64,000 nt of DNA from a virus: IMG/VR virus record IMGVR_UViG_3300042507_004023; one strand, given 5' to 3'. The notes under the pieces are model-generated. The model did not search any database. It was not told the DNA's origin and saw only the letters and a list, made by a program, of their open reading frames with translations. The position numbers were made by a program, and so were the translations under genes. Shown piece after piece: positions 17,576 to 26,725 of the stretch; the stretch's first letter is position 1; the number at the start of each line of letters is the position of its first letter.

Positions 17576-19809
17576 TAGAACTCTCCACCATCAACTTCTG
17601 TTATTGGTGTGGGTTTCATTGATGGGAATTGGGTTTCAAATGTGATTATTGGAATTGCAGGAATTCCTTTTCCTGCGGCACTATTTTCTGCTGCTCTACC
17701 AGGATATCCTGATATTACTGTAGCAGTTCCGCCAGGAACAGCATACAAAGATTCTGTTGGTAAACCAGGAGCCCCTATATCCACAAGATTTGTGTCTGTT
17801 ATTGTTTGTCCCGCAATGCCCGCAGATACAGGTGGAAGCGGGGTTGCACTAAGATTCGTTATACCCTCAGGTGTAACATTAAGATAAGATGCCGGTGATG
17901 GAACCGTAGCCGTCGAGACATTTGCTGCTATATTAACTGCTTGAGATGCCAAAGCCGGATTAACAAACGCCAACGCTCCTGCAAATGCCCCACCAACAAC
18001 AGTTCCTACAGGGCCCAAAGCCCCACCAAGAAGTGCTCCGCTAGCAACTCCTCCGAGTCCACCCAAATCCAATCCTTCTGGAAGAACCGCTTGAACTCCT
18101 TCAATTGCGCCGCCTACTGCCTCGCCAACTCCTCCTAAGAATCCGCCAACTTCATCCTGTAGCAGTGGGAATCCCAATCCTTCGCCTGCACCACCTTGAA
18201 CTGCTCCAGGAGATACACCCAAATCTGTTCCAGAGACCACGGCTTGTGTGGGTTGTGTTTGTGCTACAGTTTGTGATAGTTGTTGGTTTTGTTGTGATAG
18301 ATTTGTTTGTGTTTGTTGAATTTGTGCATCATCAAGTTGAGCAATGTTGTTTTGCCTTACCGCTTCTTGTGCGCTCTCTGACATTAAAGATTTGTTGTTG
18401 TCTGCAATCTCTTGTTCGCTTGGAATCATTTCCTGCGGCATTTTTTCGGTTTTAATAACTGTTCCATCAGGCAGAGTAGACGGTATGGCGGCTTTAGCCT
18501 CACTTGCAGGAACATCTTTCCACCATTGATCTCCTTTAACAGGAACATTTTGTGTTAAAGCCGCTTTGCCTGTTTGATCCCACGGAATCGTGGCAGCGTT
18601 AGGAGATGCACTTTCATAATAAGATTTGAAAGCATCCAATCCAACAGGCATATCTTTAGGTCTAAGGTGAAGTTTCTTGAAATAATCGGTTGACAGGTAT
18701 TTGTCTTTTTGTCCTTGAAGAATTTGATCCAAAGGCAATGCTCTGCCAGGAAATACGGTTGCATCTTGCAATAAGGGTGCAGGATTTTTTCCTGTTGCTA
18801 GTCCTGGAGATGATGCTAGATTTACAGCAACTCCTTCAGGGTTAAAATCAATTCTTGGAGCAACAAAACTCATGTTACCATCGCTGGCAACCGTATAAGT
18901 TCCGTGAACTCTGTGCTCAAAATTCTTACCGGTTTCCATCACAACATTACCACGAGCAAGCATTCTCAAATCGCCATTTATTTCAATGTAAAAATCTTTG
19001 CCTGTTTTTAGTGTTGTTATAGGCCCGTCAATATTCATAAAGCAGTTGCCTTGAACAAGAAGTTTCTTGTCGGACATTGCTACTTCATAATCGTCTCCTC
19101 GGATTCGCTCAACCCTTGATCCATCAGGATGAAGTTCAATCCAAGTTCCGGCTTTATGATAAACGCTTATTCTTTCTTTATCGGGAGTATCGTCAAGTTC
19201 AATAACATGACCAGACTCGGTTTCCATCACATGGTTTTTAGGATATTTGGGATCGTAATCTGTTACTTTTTCATCCCATGTTAACCAAGGGTGCAGAGCG
19301 GTTTGAACTCCAACTTTTGCTTCCTCTCGTTTTTTTTGAACTATTGTTTTTTCAATCTTTTCGTTTCGGGTTAAACGATTTGTATCGGCTTCGCCACCAT
19401 ACTCTTTGCTGGGCCATTTGCCTTCAGGATCATTGAATCCTAAAGAGGGATCTGAGTATTGACCAGTAGTTCCTTCTATAGGATCTGGCTTACCAACAAA
19501 GGATCCCAAAACTACAGGATCTTGGCAGTTAACACCGTCTCGGAAAAACCCAATAACCCACGAGCCTTGTAAAAGTCCTGTTGGAGAAATTCCTTTTCCA
19601 CTTACAGAAGCACTAGTTACGGGAAGCAGGGGAGTTGCCCAAGGCAAATCTTGAGTGGGCAACAATTCTTTGTCCGCATTGTGAAATTCAAAACAACGAA
19701 CACGAACACGACCCATTTTTAATGGATCGTTAATGTCTTCTACAACTCCGTGAAACCACACGAAGCCGTTCTTGCCCATTTGATCGTGAACTGTTATGGT
19801 GTCTAGCAT
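17575..19809 (-). CDS. gp5: Baseplate central spike gp5 (OB-fold plus beta-helix; no recognisable lysozyme domain; long C-terminal extension)
   Basis: FVWFHGVVEDINDPLKMGRVRVRCF, LPWATPLLP, GSWVIGFFRDG, YPKNHVMETESGHVIELDDTPDKERISVYHKAGT. Confidence 0.92.
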   Translation of the reverse strand: MLDTITVHDQMGKNGFVWFHGVVEDINDPLKMGRVRVRCFEFHNADKELLPTQDLPWATPLLPVTSASVSGKGISPTGLLQGSWVIGFFRDGVNCQDPVVLGSFVGKPDPIEGTTGQYSDPSLGFNDPEGKWPSKEYGGEADTNRLTRNEKIEKTIVQKKREEAKVGVQTALHPWLTWDEKVTDYDPKYPKNHVMETESGHVIELDDTPDKERISVYHKAGTWIELHPDGSRVERIRGDDYEVAMSDKKLLVQGNCFMNIDGPITTLKTGKDFYIEINGDLRMLARGNVVMETGKNFEHRVHGTYTVASDGNMSFVAPRIDFNPEGVAVNLASSPGLATGKNPAPLLQDATVFPGRALPLDQILQGQKDKYLSTDYFKKLHLRPKDMPVGLDAFKSYYESASPNAATIPWDQTGKAALTQNVPVKGDQWWKDVPASEAKAAIPSTLPDGTVIKTEKMPQEMIPSEQEIADNNKSLMSESAQEAVRQNNIAQLDDAQIQQTQTNLSQQNQQLSQTVAQTQPTQAVVSGTDLGVSPGAVQGGAGEGLGFPLLQDEVGGFLGGVGEAVGGAIEGVQAVLPEGLDLGGLGGVASGALLGGALGPVGTVVGGAFAGALAFVNPALASQAVNIAANVSTATVPSPASYLNVTPEGITNLSATPLPPVSAGIAGQTITDTNLVDIGAPGLPTESLYAVPGGTATVISGYPGRAAENSAAGKGIPAIPIITFETQFPSMKPTPITEVDGGEF

Positions 19810-19810
19810 A

Positions 19811-21235
19811 TTAAACTCTAGATTCTCTTATGGTTGGATTGTAAATGCCAGTATCAGCAGTATCTTTATAGTCAGGAACTGGAGCACGATAACTGTCTTT
19901 GCTTACTGTCATAACAAGTTCGTAATCTTGATGTCCTATTGAATGATTTATTTTTGTTACAAGGTAGTTGCCTGCAAGATACTTATCGCTACCATCATTG
20001 TTTACTCCTTTTCCTTTTCCATTTAACGATTCGGGAGAAGGAATGTCCAAGTAAATCACATCTCCAACTCGTCTTCTGGAATCTCCTTTAACCTTTATCT
20101 GAAGGGTAATGCAGTTCAATTGGTTCATTTGGCTTTGGCGAAGCAGAGCATATTTTTCATGCTCTTCATTATCTTCAATTCCATCATACTTATAAGAGTT
20201 TTTTGGCAACACTTTAATGTATGACAAAATAGCGTCACTAAACCTATCCAAAGAGTGTGGAACCAAAGGATATTGATCTGTGTGTTGTGTTTCCACAAAC
20301 TTCTCTTTATAACGATAAAAGTCCCCACCTATTTTTTTCTTGTTTATGTCAAAAGTATTCAATACTGAACTATAAACTCCTGTTGAAACATCTTGCAGTT
20401 TATTGTTTAGAGAAACTATAGTAATTTCATTGATATTATCAAATTCTTCTGCATCTCTTTGTTTGTTGGCAAACGCATGTCGGTATCTTGCAACCGGTGC
20501 TTGTGCCTTGAAATACGAAACAGGAGCAAACATATAATTGCCGTTTAATTGTTGAAAAAACAAATAGTCTGCCGTTTTCTTGTCGGTTATTCCACCAAAT
20601 CCTGATCCTGGCGGAGCAATTAAAGTGTGTGATTTATTAGCCAACCAGTTTATCGCATAGAATGGAGACCAGAAAGGAAATACAATCGCTTTATCTGCTC
20701 CCGTTGTGGGAACGACAACAAGACTTCTTCCTTCTGAAGGTGTGGGCTGTCTTGCCGATTGACTTTTTGAAATAACATCTACTATTTGTTCTTGAAATAT
20801 TTTTTGAGCCATTTCCGAATAAGACATATTTTTGTAAGACACCGAAAATCTCACCATGCTGTTTATGAAAAATTCTTCAGAAACAAAATCAATAACAGTA
20901 ACCATCGCTTTATCAGTAACATTTGCCTTGTGTATCTTATACGCCACCATGTTCAATTCAATCTTTTTGTGGGGTTGATCTTTTTGACCAGGCGTATAAA
21001 ACACTATTTTCAATCGTTCGTTGCCTGTGATAGGAAGATGGTTTGAAAGAGCAAGGCTGTCGCTAATAACCAAAGAACCGGAAAGACTGTTTGAATACAT
21101 GTCTTCAAATATTTCGATGGACATCATTAATTCTTTAAGGTTGGCAGCACCACCCGCTGGCGTAGCAATAGTAATTTCTTCTATTACAATGTCGCCTGGT
21201 AAATTAAGTTTGTCTAAAGATTCTACAACTGCCAT
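19811..21235 (-). CDS. Baseplate hub protein (gp27/GpD-like)
   Basis: SIEIFEDMYSNSLSGSLVISD...LPITGNE; YLFFQ; GDSRRRVGDVIYL; LAGNYLVTKINH; lies between gp53 and gp5. Confidence 0.75.
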   Translation of the reverse strand: MAVVESLDKLNLPGDIVIEEITIATPAGGAANLKELMMSIEIFEDMYSNSLSGSLVISDSLALSNHLPITGNERLKIVFYTPGQKDQPHKKIELNMVAYKIHKANVTDKAMVTVIDFVSEEFFINSMVRFSVSYKNMSYSEMAQKIFQEQIVDVISKSQSARQPTPSEGRSLVVVPTTGADKAIVFPFWSPFYAINWLANKSHTLIAPPGSGFGGITDKKTADYLFFQQLNGNYMFAPVSYFKAQAPVARYRHAFANKQRDAEEFDNINEITIVSLNNKLQDVSTGVYSSVLNTFDINKKKIGGDFYRYKEKFVETQHTDQYPLVPHSLDRFSDAILSYIKVLPKNSYKYDGIEDNEEHEKYALLRQSQMNQLNCITLQIKVKGDSRRRVGDVIYLDIPSPESLNGKGKGVNNDGSDKYLAGNYLVTKINHSIGHQDYELVMTVSKDSYRAPVPDYKDTADTGIYNPTIRESRV

Positions 21236-21241
21236 GTTGTG

Positions 21242-22114
21242 TTACCTAACTTTTTTAGGTCTTAAAAGTTCAGAGAATTGTTGTATTGCTTGGGTTACAT
21301 ATTCTGGCTTGAGTAAATTTATTTTTCGTTTTGCTTCATTTTTTACCAATTCGTATTCGCTGTTGGTGACATCACCCATCAAGCCTAAAGTTGGTTTAAT
21401 ATTTGGCGGTTGTGTGTAAATCTTTATTCTCTCGGTAGAACTTGCGCCAGCAGTTTGAGTGCTGATATATCCCCGAGGATCTAACCAATTTCCATATCTG
21501 TCTTGGAAATGGTGTAGTGCGGTTTTGTTTTCTTCAATATATCGTATTCTTCCTTTAATATTCACACCATCACTATTTGTTATGTAAATCGTTCGATTTG
21601 GTTCCGATGGAATTGGTGTTGGTATTGGTTCAGCACCCGTTACCACCAATTTCCCTAATAGGGGATCGTAAGACAAAATTTTAACAGAAGTTACTCCTAT
21701 TGTTCCGTTTACAGGATTAGAACCAACCACGGGTTCTGTGCTTGCAATAGGTGTGTCTATTTTTGACCCTTCGTTATACAGGAATACATCATCCACATAA
21801 ATTGCTCTACCTGGATACTTCTTTTCGATATAGGAATCCAATTCCGATTGGGCAAGAGGCCAACTGTAATATGGATCTATAATTTCGTTAAAAAGCAAAA
21901 TCACCCAATGGTAGTCTGCTCTACCGTATAAACGATAGGCTAAAGTGTCTGGTCGTTCGCCATCTTTTATCAGATATTCATCAAAAAGACTGTCTCTGTT
22001 TTTGATATAATCAGAAAATTTTGCTCTAAGCAAGATGTTTCTTGCTTGAACAACTTTTAGGTTGTCTTTATCTAAAACAACAGAAGTTACGGGAAAGTTT
22101 GAGAAATAACTCAT
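21242..22114 (-). CDS. gp53: Baseplate wedge protein gp53
   Basis: MSYFSNFP; YLIKDGERPDTLAYRLYG..DYHWVILLFNEIIDPYYSWPL; NEAKRKINLLKP. Confidence 0.92.
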   Translation of the reverse strand: MSYFSNFPVTSVVLDKDNLKVVQARNILLRAKFSDYIKNRDSLFDEYLIKDGERPDTLAYRLYGRADYHWVILLFNEIIDPYYSWPLAQSELDSYIEKKYPGRAIYVDDVFLYNEGSKIDTPIASTEPVVGSNPVNGTIGVTSVKILSYDPLLGKLVVTGAEPIPTPIPSEPNRTIYITNSDGVNIKGRIRYIEENKTALHHFQDRYGNWLDPRGYISTQTAGASSTERIKIYTQPPNIKPTLGLMGDVTNSEYELVKNEAKRKINLLKPEYVTQAIQQFSELLRPKKVR

Positions 22115-22117
22115 AGA

Positions 22118-23617
22118 TTAGTATCCTTGATCTACTCTTTCCTGAGTCAGGATTTCTAGTTCTTCAAATGTTAGAGACATATCAATTTTTGTTGGTGCTG
22201 CGCCGAATGATTGACCGTTTTCTCCCATCATTGGAGCAAAGGTTGTAAACGGTTCATCCCCGTAACTAACCGAAACATCTTTTAATGCACAACGAGCAAT
22301 TTTTGGAAGGAATAAATTTTCAACTCCATTGTGAAAAAACTTTATCTTGAATTCTGCGGGATACTCCAAGATTCTTCCACCTTTACCCTCTGCTCGCTTC
22401 GGCAGAGAGTGTTTTTTCAGGGTGGTTATAATGTTATAAACGGCTAAAACTTCTTGTTTGCTTCTTGGCAAAAATCTAAAAGCAAAATCAAACGATCTTC
22501 TTTTTGCATTCTTAAATTGATTGATTATGAACGGATTGATTTGTGTTCTGGTCGTTGCACTGAACGCTTTATCCAAATTCAAATTACCACCACCAGATAT
22601 TGGAGAAGCAATTGAACTAAGTTTATCGTTTGCTTGTGTTAGTGCGTGTCTAGCGGCAACATCACTAACGCCTCTAAGTAAAGAGGCTAAAGATTCGTTT
22701 TGGGGAGCACCTTTAATTAAATTTGATAGTGTTGATGCGGCTACTTTAACTGTTCCGATAGCGGTAACTAGAGGTGTGTAATCTTCTTCCGCGTATTCTG
22801 CACCATACGATGCTTTGAGGCTTGACGGCATGTATAGACAAACTGTTTTATTTACCTTTTTATTTGCGGTGGTAAATCCTGTGGTTTCTTGGCTGAAGCC
22901 AAATTGTTGTGTTCCATATTGAGGTTCGTAACTAAAATTGTTCCAAACGCTCTGACCAAGTTTTGCTGCCATTCCGCTAGTAACAACCTGAGTTGCGGCA
23001 CTTCCTATAGTTAAAGCACCAACAATGTTTGTTGCCGCAATACCAGCGGGAGTGTTTACAGCATTTCTAACTTTTTCTGCTGATGTTCCTAGTTGCTCAG
23101 GAAGAGTCCCGAGATTTATTCCGAACACCTGATTATCGTTAGCATCTCTTTGTTGAGATTCAATACCGTAACCACCGTATTCATACATTTCAATCTGAAC
23201 CCAGTTTAACAATTCGGGATTGGATCCCAAATCTTCTGGATAAACATAAACTTGCTTTGTCAATTCATACAGCAAATCATTAACAAGATTTGTTGCAGAC
23301 GGCTTAGTTTCTTGTAGTCCAGTTTGATTGCCTCCACCAAACCCGTATTTGGATTGTAATCTGTTTAAATAAGGAGCATTATCCGACGACAAAGGATCAA
23401 CAGATGGGGGTTCTCCCGCCTGTAGAGAACCTGGTTGCATGGTGAATATGCCATCTTCCATGTATCCTTGTTGTGCTTGCGATATAGTCTGTTGTGTTGG
23501 TGTAGTAACCGGAACAGTATTTGCTCCAGGTTGTCCCTTATCAAGAGGTAATACAGTTCTATCTGGCCCACTTAACACATCATCGTAGGCAACAGTTTTT
23601 TGGAATCCTCCTGGCAT
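22118..23617 (-). CDS. gp48: Baseplate tail-tube cap gp48
   Basis: VCLYMPSSLKASYGAEY; NPFI..QFK...RRSFDFAFRFLPRS..E; LPKIARCALKDVSVSY; LTFEELEILT. Confidence 0.85.
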   Translation of the reverse strand: MPGGFQKTVAYDDVLSGPDRTVLPLDKGQPGANTVPVTTPTQQTISQAQQGYMEDGIFTMQPGSLQAGEPPSVDPLSSDNAPYLNRLQSKYGFGGGNQTGLQETKPSATNLVNDLLYELTKQVYVYPEDLGSNPELLNWVQIEMYEYGGYGIESQQRDANDNQVFGINLGTLPEQLGTSAEKVRNAVNTPAGIAATNIVGALTIGSAATQVVTSGMAAKLGQSVWNNFSYEPQYGTQQFGFSQETTGFTTANKKVNKTVCLYMPSSLKASYGAEYAEEDYTPLVTAIGTVKVAASTLSNLIKGAPQNESLASLLRGVSDVAARHALTQANDKLSSIASPISGGGNLNLDKAFSATTRTQINPFIINQFKNAKRRSFDFAFRFLPRSKQEVLAVYNIITTLKKHSLPKRAEGKGGRILEYPAEFKIKFFHNGVENLFLPKIARCALKDVSVSYGDEPFTTFAPMMGENGQSFGAAPTKIDMSLTFEELEILTQERVDQGY

Positions 23618-23648
23618 TTATAGACTCTCCTTTTGAATTGCTACCCTG

Positions 23649-23656
23649 TATTTAGA
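23649..23656 (-). promoter_or_regulatory. Late promoter TCTAAATA for the leftward baseplate operon
   Basis: Intergenic, 32 nt upstream of gp48; back-to-back with the gp4 promoter. Confidence 0.7.
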
Positions 23657-23665
23657 TAAATTTTA

Positions 23666-23673
23666 CATAAATA
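23666..23673 (+). promoter_or_regulatory. Late promoter CATAAATA for gp4-gp2
   Basis: Intergenic variant of TATAAATA upstream of gp4. Confidence 0.65.
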
Positions 23674-23694
23674 TAAAAAAGGAAGAGTGTTACC

Positions 23695-24156
23695 ATAGGA
23701 ACCTACAGAACATATAAAGGGTTCTACAAACCCCAAAACCCAAGCAAGTATAAAGGCGATCCCACCAACTGCGTATACCGCTCACTTTGGGAACGCAGAT
23801 TTATGCAATACTGTGATTTAACGGAATCGGTTACGGCTTGGGCTTCTGAGGAGGTTGTAGTTCCTTACATCTCTCCTATAGATGAAAAGGTTCACCGCTA
23901 CTTTGTGGACTTTTGGATTAAAACTGTGAACTTGGACGGCAAGGAAGAGTGCTTTTTGATAGAAATCAAACCAAAAAAGAGAACAGTTAAGCCCGAACTT
24001 CAAGGCAAAAAGATGACTCAAGGCAGACTAAACGAGGTTAGAGAGTGGATGATAAACACTAGTAAGTGGGAAGCCGCTGAACGATTTTGTGAATCTCGTG
24101 GGTGGAAGTTTAAAGTGCTTACAGAAAACGAAATATTTGGGCCCAAAACCGCATGA
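23695..24156 (+). CDS. gp4: Head completion protein gp4 (probable non-canonical ATA start)
   Basis: YKGFYKPQNPSKYKGDP..CVYRSLWERRFMQYCD...WASEEVVVPYISP.D.K.HRYFVDF. The conserved N-terminus lies upstream of the tracked ATG 23803; in-frame TAA at 23674. Confidence 0.85.
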   Translation: MGTYRTYKGFYKPQNPSKYKGDPTNCVYRSLWERRFMQYCDLTESVTAWASEEVVVPYISPIDEKVHRYFVDFWIKTVNLDGKEECFLIEIKPKKRTVKPELQGKKMTQGRLNEVREWMINTSKWEAAERFCESRGWKFKVLTENEIFGPKTA

Positions 24157-24740
24157 GTCAAGAAGAGGTAAGAGCAATACTGCGTAAGTTTCAGTTTGAA
24201 GACATTGATATGGCTTCAAGAGCCGCTACCCATTGGTTGAGCGATCATTTAACTCAAATTGGCCCAATCAACCGACCAAATATACTTTCCGAGGGAGAAT
24301 CCCCATATTCCATACGACCTGGAAACATGTATTTCTTTTCATACAACCCGTTAACCAAATCAAAACTCCCGTTTTATGACATGTTTCCTGTAGCCATAGC
24401 AATGCAAAAAGCACCTGGCGGGTTCATAGGATTAAACCTGCACTATCTAAGATTCTACAATCGAGCAGTATTTTTAAACTTTCTTATAGACTCGGCAGAT
24501 CGTTCCAACTGGTATGAAACGGATATCGCTAGACTGCTACTAGACTATACCAACATGCAAAGAACGGCAAGCATGGCAAAGCATATTAAGGGAGCAATAA
24601 AGCGATACTACTTCCGACAGTTTTTAAGTCAAGCGGTTATGGTTCAGCCTAAGGATTGGAAAGTGGTTCCATTTCTTCCCCTAGATAGATTTGTAAAAGC
24701 CACAAGAGAAGAAGTTTTTAGATGGGCATCTCAATTATAA
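24153..24740 (+). CDS. gp2: DNA end protector gp2
   Basis: GNMYFFSYNP.TKSKLPFYDMFP...GFIGLNLHYL; IKRY. Confidence 0.9.
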   Translation: MSQEEVRAILRKFQFEDIDMASRAATHWLSDHLTQIGPINRPNILSEGESPYSIRPGNMYFFSYNPLTKSKLPFYDMFPVAIAMQKAPGGFIGLNLHYLRFYNRAVFLNFLIDSADRSNWYETDIARLLLDYTNMQRTASMAKHIKGAIKRYYFRQFLSQAVMVQPKDWKVVPFLPLDRFVKATREEVFRWASQL

Positions 24741-24754
24741 AGGAACAAACCTAG

Positions 24755-25762
24755 ATGAGTGCTTTAAACAATTTTAATTTCCCTAGTTTTCAAGACTTGT
24801 TGGCATCCTCTGTTTCCCGAGAGGGGGGAGTAACACCAACAAACAGAGGCCCGTCGTTTGTAGAGCAACTTGTTACATTCGGAAGAACGATGGGTTACAT
24901 GAGAGCCAATCGTTACTGTGTATTGCTTGAGAATCCGCCAGCATCAGCAGGCATGTTTCCGTATGATATGACCTTTGCATCCCGCTTATCTTTAAATTGT
25001 CTTCAAGCACAAATTCCTGATGTTGGATTTGCCTCTACCGAACAGTTCATTGCAGGCCCTAAGAGAGTTATACCTCAAGCATTTTCATATGGTGACAACA
25101 ACGCGCAGTTTCAATTCAATTGCGGTGTAGACCTATACGAATATCTGTTCTTCCGAAATTGGCAGAGATCTATTGTTGATCCAATTTACAATTACGCTTC
25201 GTATTATAATGACTACGCCAAAAACTGCTCGTTGACCGTAATACTCCTGCCCAACAATGTTAGAAATTTTGAAGACATGTTGACTAAACTAAACAACAAT
25301 CAATTATATGGGGTTAGACTTGATGAAGTGTATCCCCGAACTGTTGGGATAAATGCGGTTCAAAACGCATCAACCAACATAGTTCTAGTTTCTAATATTA
25401 CATTCGGTTACAGAAAACTCACTCCATATCGAGATTTTGGAGACGAGTTGAAGTATGCTCTACATGCCGCTTGGGATTCTACCATGAATCTAGCAGACAA
25501 TACTCGACATGTGGACGAAAGTGCTTTGAAGGACGGAATCAAGAAAGAATACACTAAAGCAGAAATTCAAGAACTTAAAGAAAAGTATCTTGCGACAGAT
25601 CCACTACGAGCAAAGAGAAAACCAGGGCCATTCGATTTCCTCAATCCAGAATTACCGTCCAAAGATCCATCAATCACGCCGCCTGAACTCGACGCTAATC
25701 CGTTTATCAATAACATATTGACCTCAGGCATCAATATAGCCGCCCTATTCCAAGGTATATAA
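24755..25762 (+). CDS. Tail-tube-family protein (gp54/gp19-like tube initiator)
   Basis: RANRYCV, LNCLQAQIP, FRNWQ..IVDP, YYNDY, EVYPRTV, ITFGYR: tube-fold pattern; lies between gp2 and gp26. Confidence 0.7.
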   Translation: MSALNNFNFPSFQDLLASSVSREGGVTPTNRGPSFVEQLVTFGRTMGYMRANRYCVLLENPPASAGMFPYDMTFASRLSLNCLQAQIPDVGFASTEQFIAGPKRVIPQAFSYGDNNAQFQFNCGVDLYEYLFFRNWQRSIVDPIYNYASYYNDYAKNCSLTVILLPNNVRNFEDMLTKLNNNQLYGVRLDEVYPRTVGINAVQNASTNIVLVSNITFGYRKLTPYRDFGDELKYALHAAWDSTMNLADNTRHVDESALKDGIKKEYTKAEIQELKEKYLATDPLRAKRKPGPFDFLNPELPSKDPSITPPELDANPFINNILTSGINIAALFQGI

Positions 25763-25765
25763 ATA
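25758..25765 (+). promoter_or_regulatory. Canonical T4 late promoter TATAAATA for gp26
   Basis: Exact consensus, 30 nt before the gp26 ATG, with AAGGAG in between. Confidence 0.8.
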
Positions 25766-25795
25766 AAAAGTAGCGATTGAATCAAGGAGATTATC

Positions 25796-26506
25796 ATGGG
25801 TTTACCCACACTAGCGACACCAAAATATGAATTAACTATTCCATCCACAGGACAAAAAATCGAATATCGTCCATTCTTAGTTAAAGAAGAAAAAATTTTG
25901 CTGCTAGCCAGCGAAACAAAGGATGAGCGAGAGCAAGTTCGAGCAATGAAACAAGTAATTGAAAGTTGCACCTTCGGTAAGGTTGCAATAGATTCTCTCG
26001 CTTCATTTGATATTGAATATTTGTTTCTTAAACTTCGCTCAAAGTCTGTTGGCGAAAGCGTTGAGGTTGGCATCAAGTGTTCGGGCTGTGGTGAAAGTTG
26101 TCCAACCTCAGTAAATCTTAATGATGTCGAGGTTAAGTTTGATCCAAAGTTTACCAATCGAATAAAACTGTCGGAGAGTGTTGGAGTTTTGATGCGATAT
26201 CCAAATTACGAAGACATGATTCGATTGTCTGAAATACAGAAAAGCCAAAACTCAGAAGATGTTATGGGATTTGTGGCTAGTTGCATCGACAAAATTTACG
26301 ACGACAAACAAACATACAACACCTCTGATTTTACCAAAGAAGAGGTTGCGGCATTTATGGATGAACTTTCACAAGTGGGCCTAAAGAAAATTATGGGCTT
26401 CTTTGAGAACATGCCAAGTTTACAAAAAGAACTGAAGACGAAGTGTTCAAAATGCTCGAAAGAAACTGATATAACTCTAAGGGGGGCACAGAGTTTTTTT
26501 CAATAA
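25796..26506 (+). CDS. gp26: Baseplate hub assembly protein gp26
   Basis: LPTLATPKYELTIPSTGQKIEYRPFLVKEEKILL; FDIEYLFLKLRSKSVGE; FFENMP. Confidence 0.93.
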   Translation: MGLPTLATPKYELTIPSTGQKIEYRPFLVKEEKILLLASETKDEREQVRAMKQVIESCTFGKVAIDSLASFDIEYLFLKLRSKSVGESVEVGIKCSGCGESCPTSVNLNDVEVKFDPKFTNRIKLSESVGVLMRYPNYEDMIRLSEIQKSQNSEDVMGFVASCIDKIYDDKQTYNTSDFTKEEVAAFMDELSQVGLKKIMGFFENMPSLQKELKTKCSKCSKETDITLRGAQSFFQ

Positions 26507-26508
26507 GC

Positions 26509-26715
26509 ATGATGCATGATACTCTGGCAAATTGGTATCAGAGCAATTTCGCCATGATGCAGCATCATAAGTATTCGTTGGCTGATCTTGAAAATCTGAT
26601 GCCTTGGGAAAGAAGACTTTACATTGATATGCTTGTTCAACATGTTAAAGAGGAGAATGAGAAACACAAAGAAATGAACGGAAATCAATATGATCCGGCA
26701 CAATTTCAAAGGTAA
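26509..26715 (+). CDS. gp51: Baseplate hub assembly catalyst gp51
   Basis: NFAMMQHHKYSLADLENLMPWERRLYIDML. Confidence 0.9.
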   Translation: MMHDTLANWYQSNFAMMQHHKYSLADLENLMPWERRLYIDMLVQHVKEENEKHKEMNGNQYDPAQFQR

Positions 26716-26725
26716 TAGGGGATAA

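Noticed and set aside
25567-26157. 196-aa minus-strand ORF
   Set aside because: Antisense to well-supported gp54-like and gp26 genes; no family signal.
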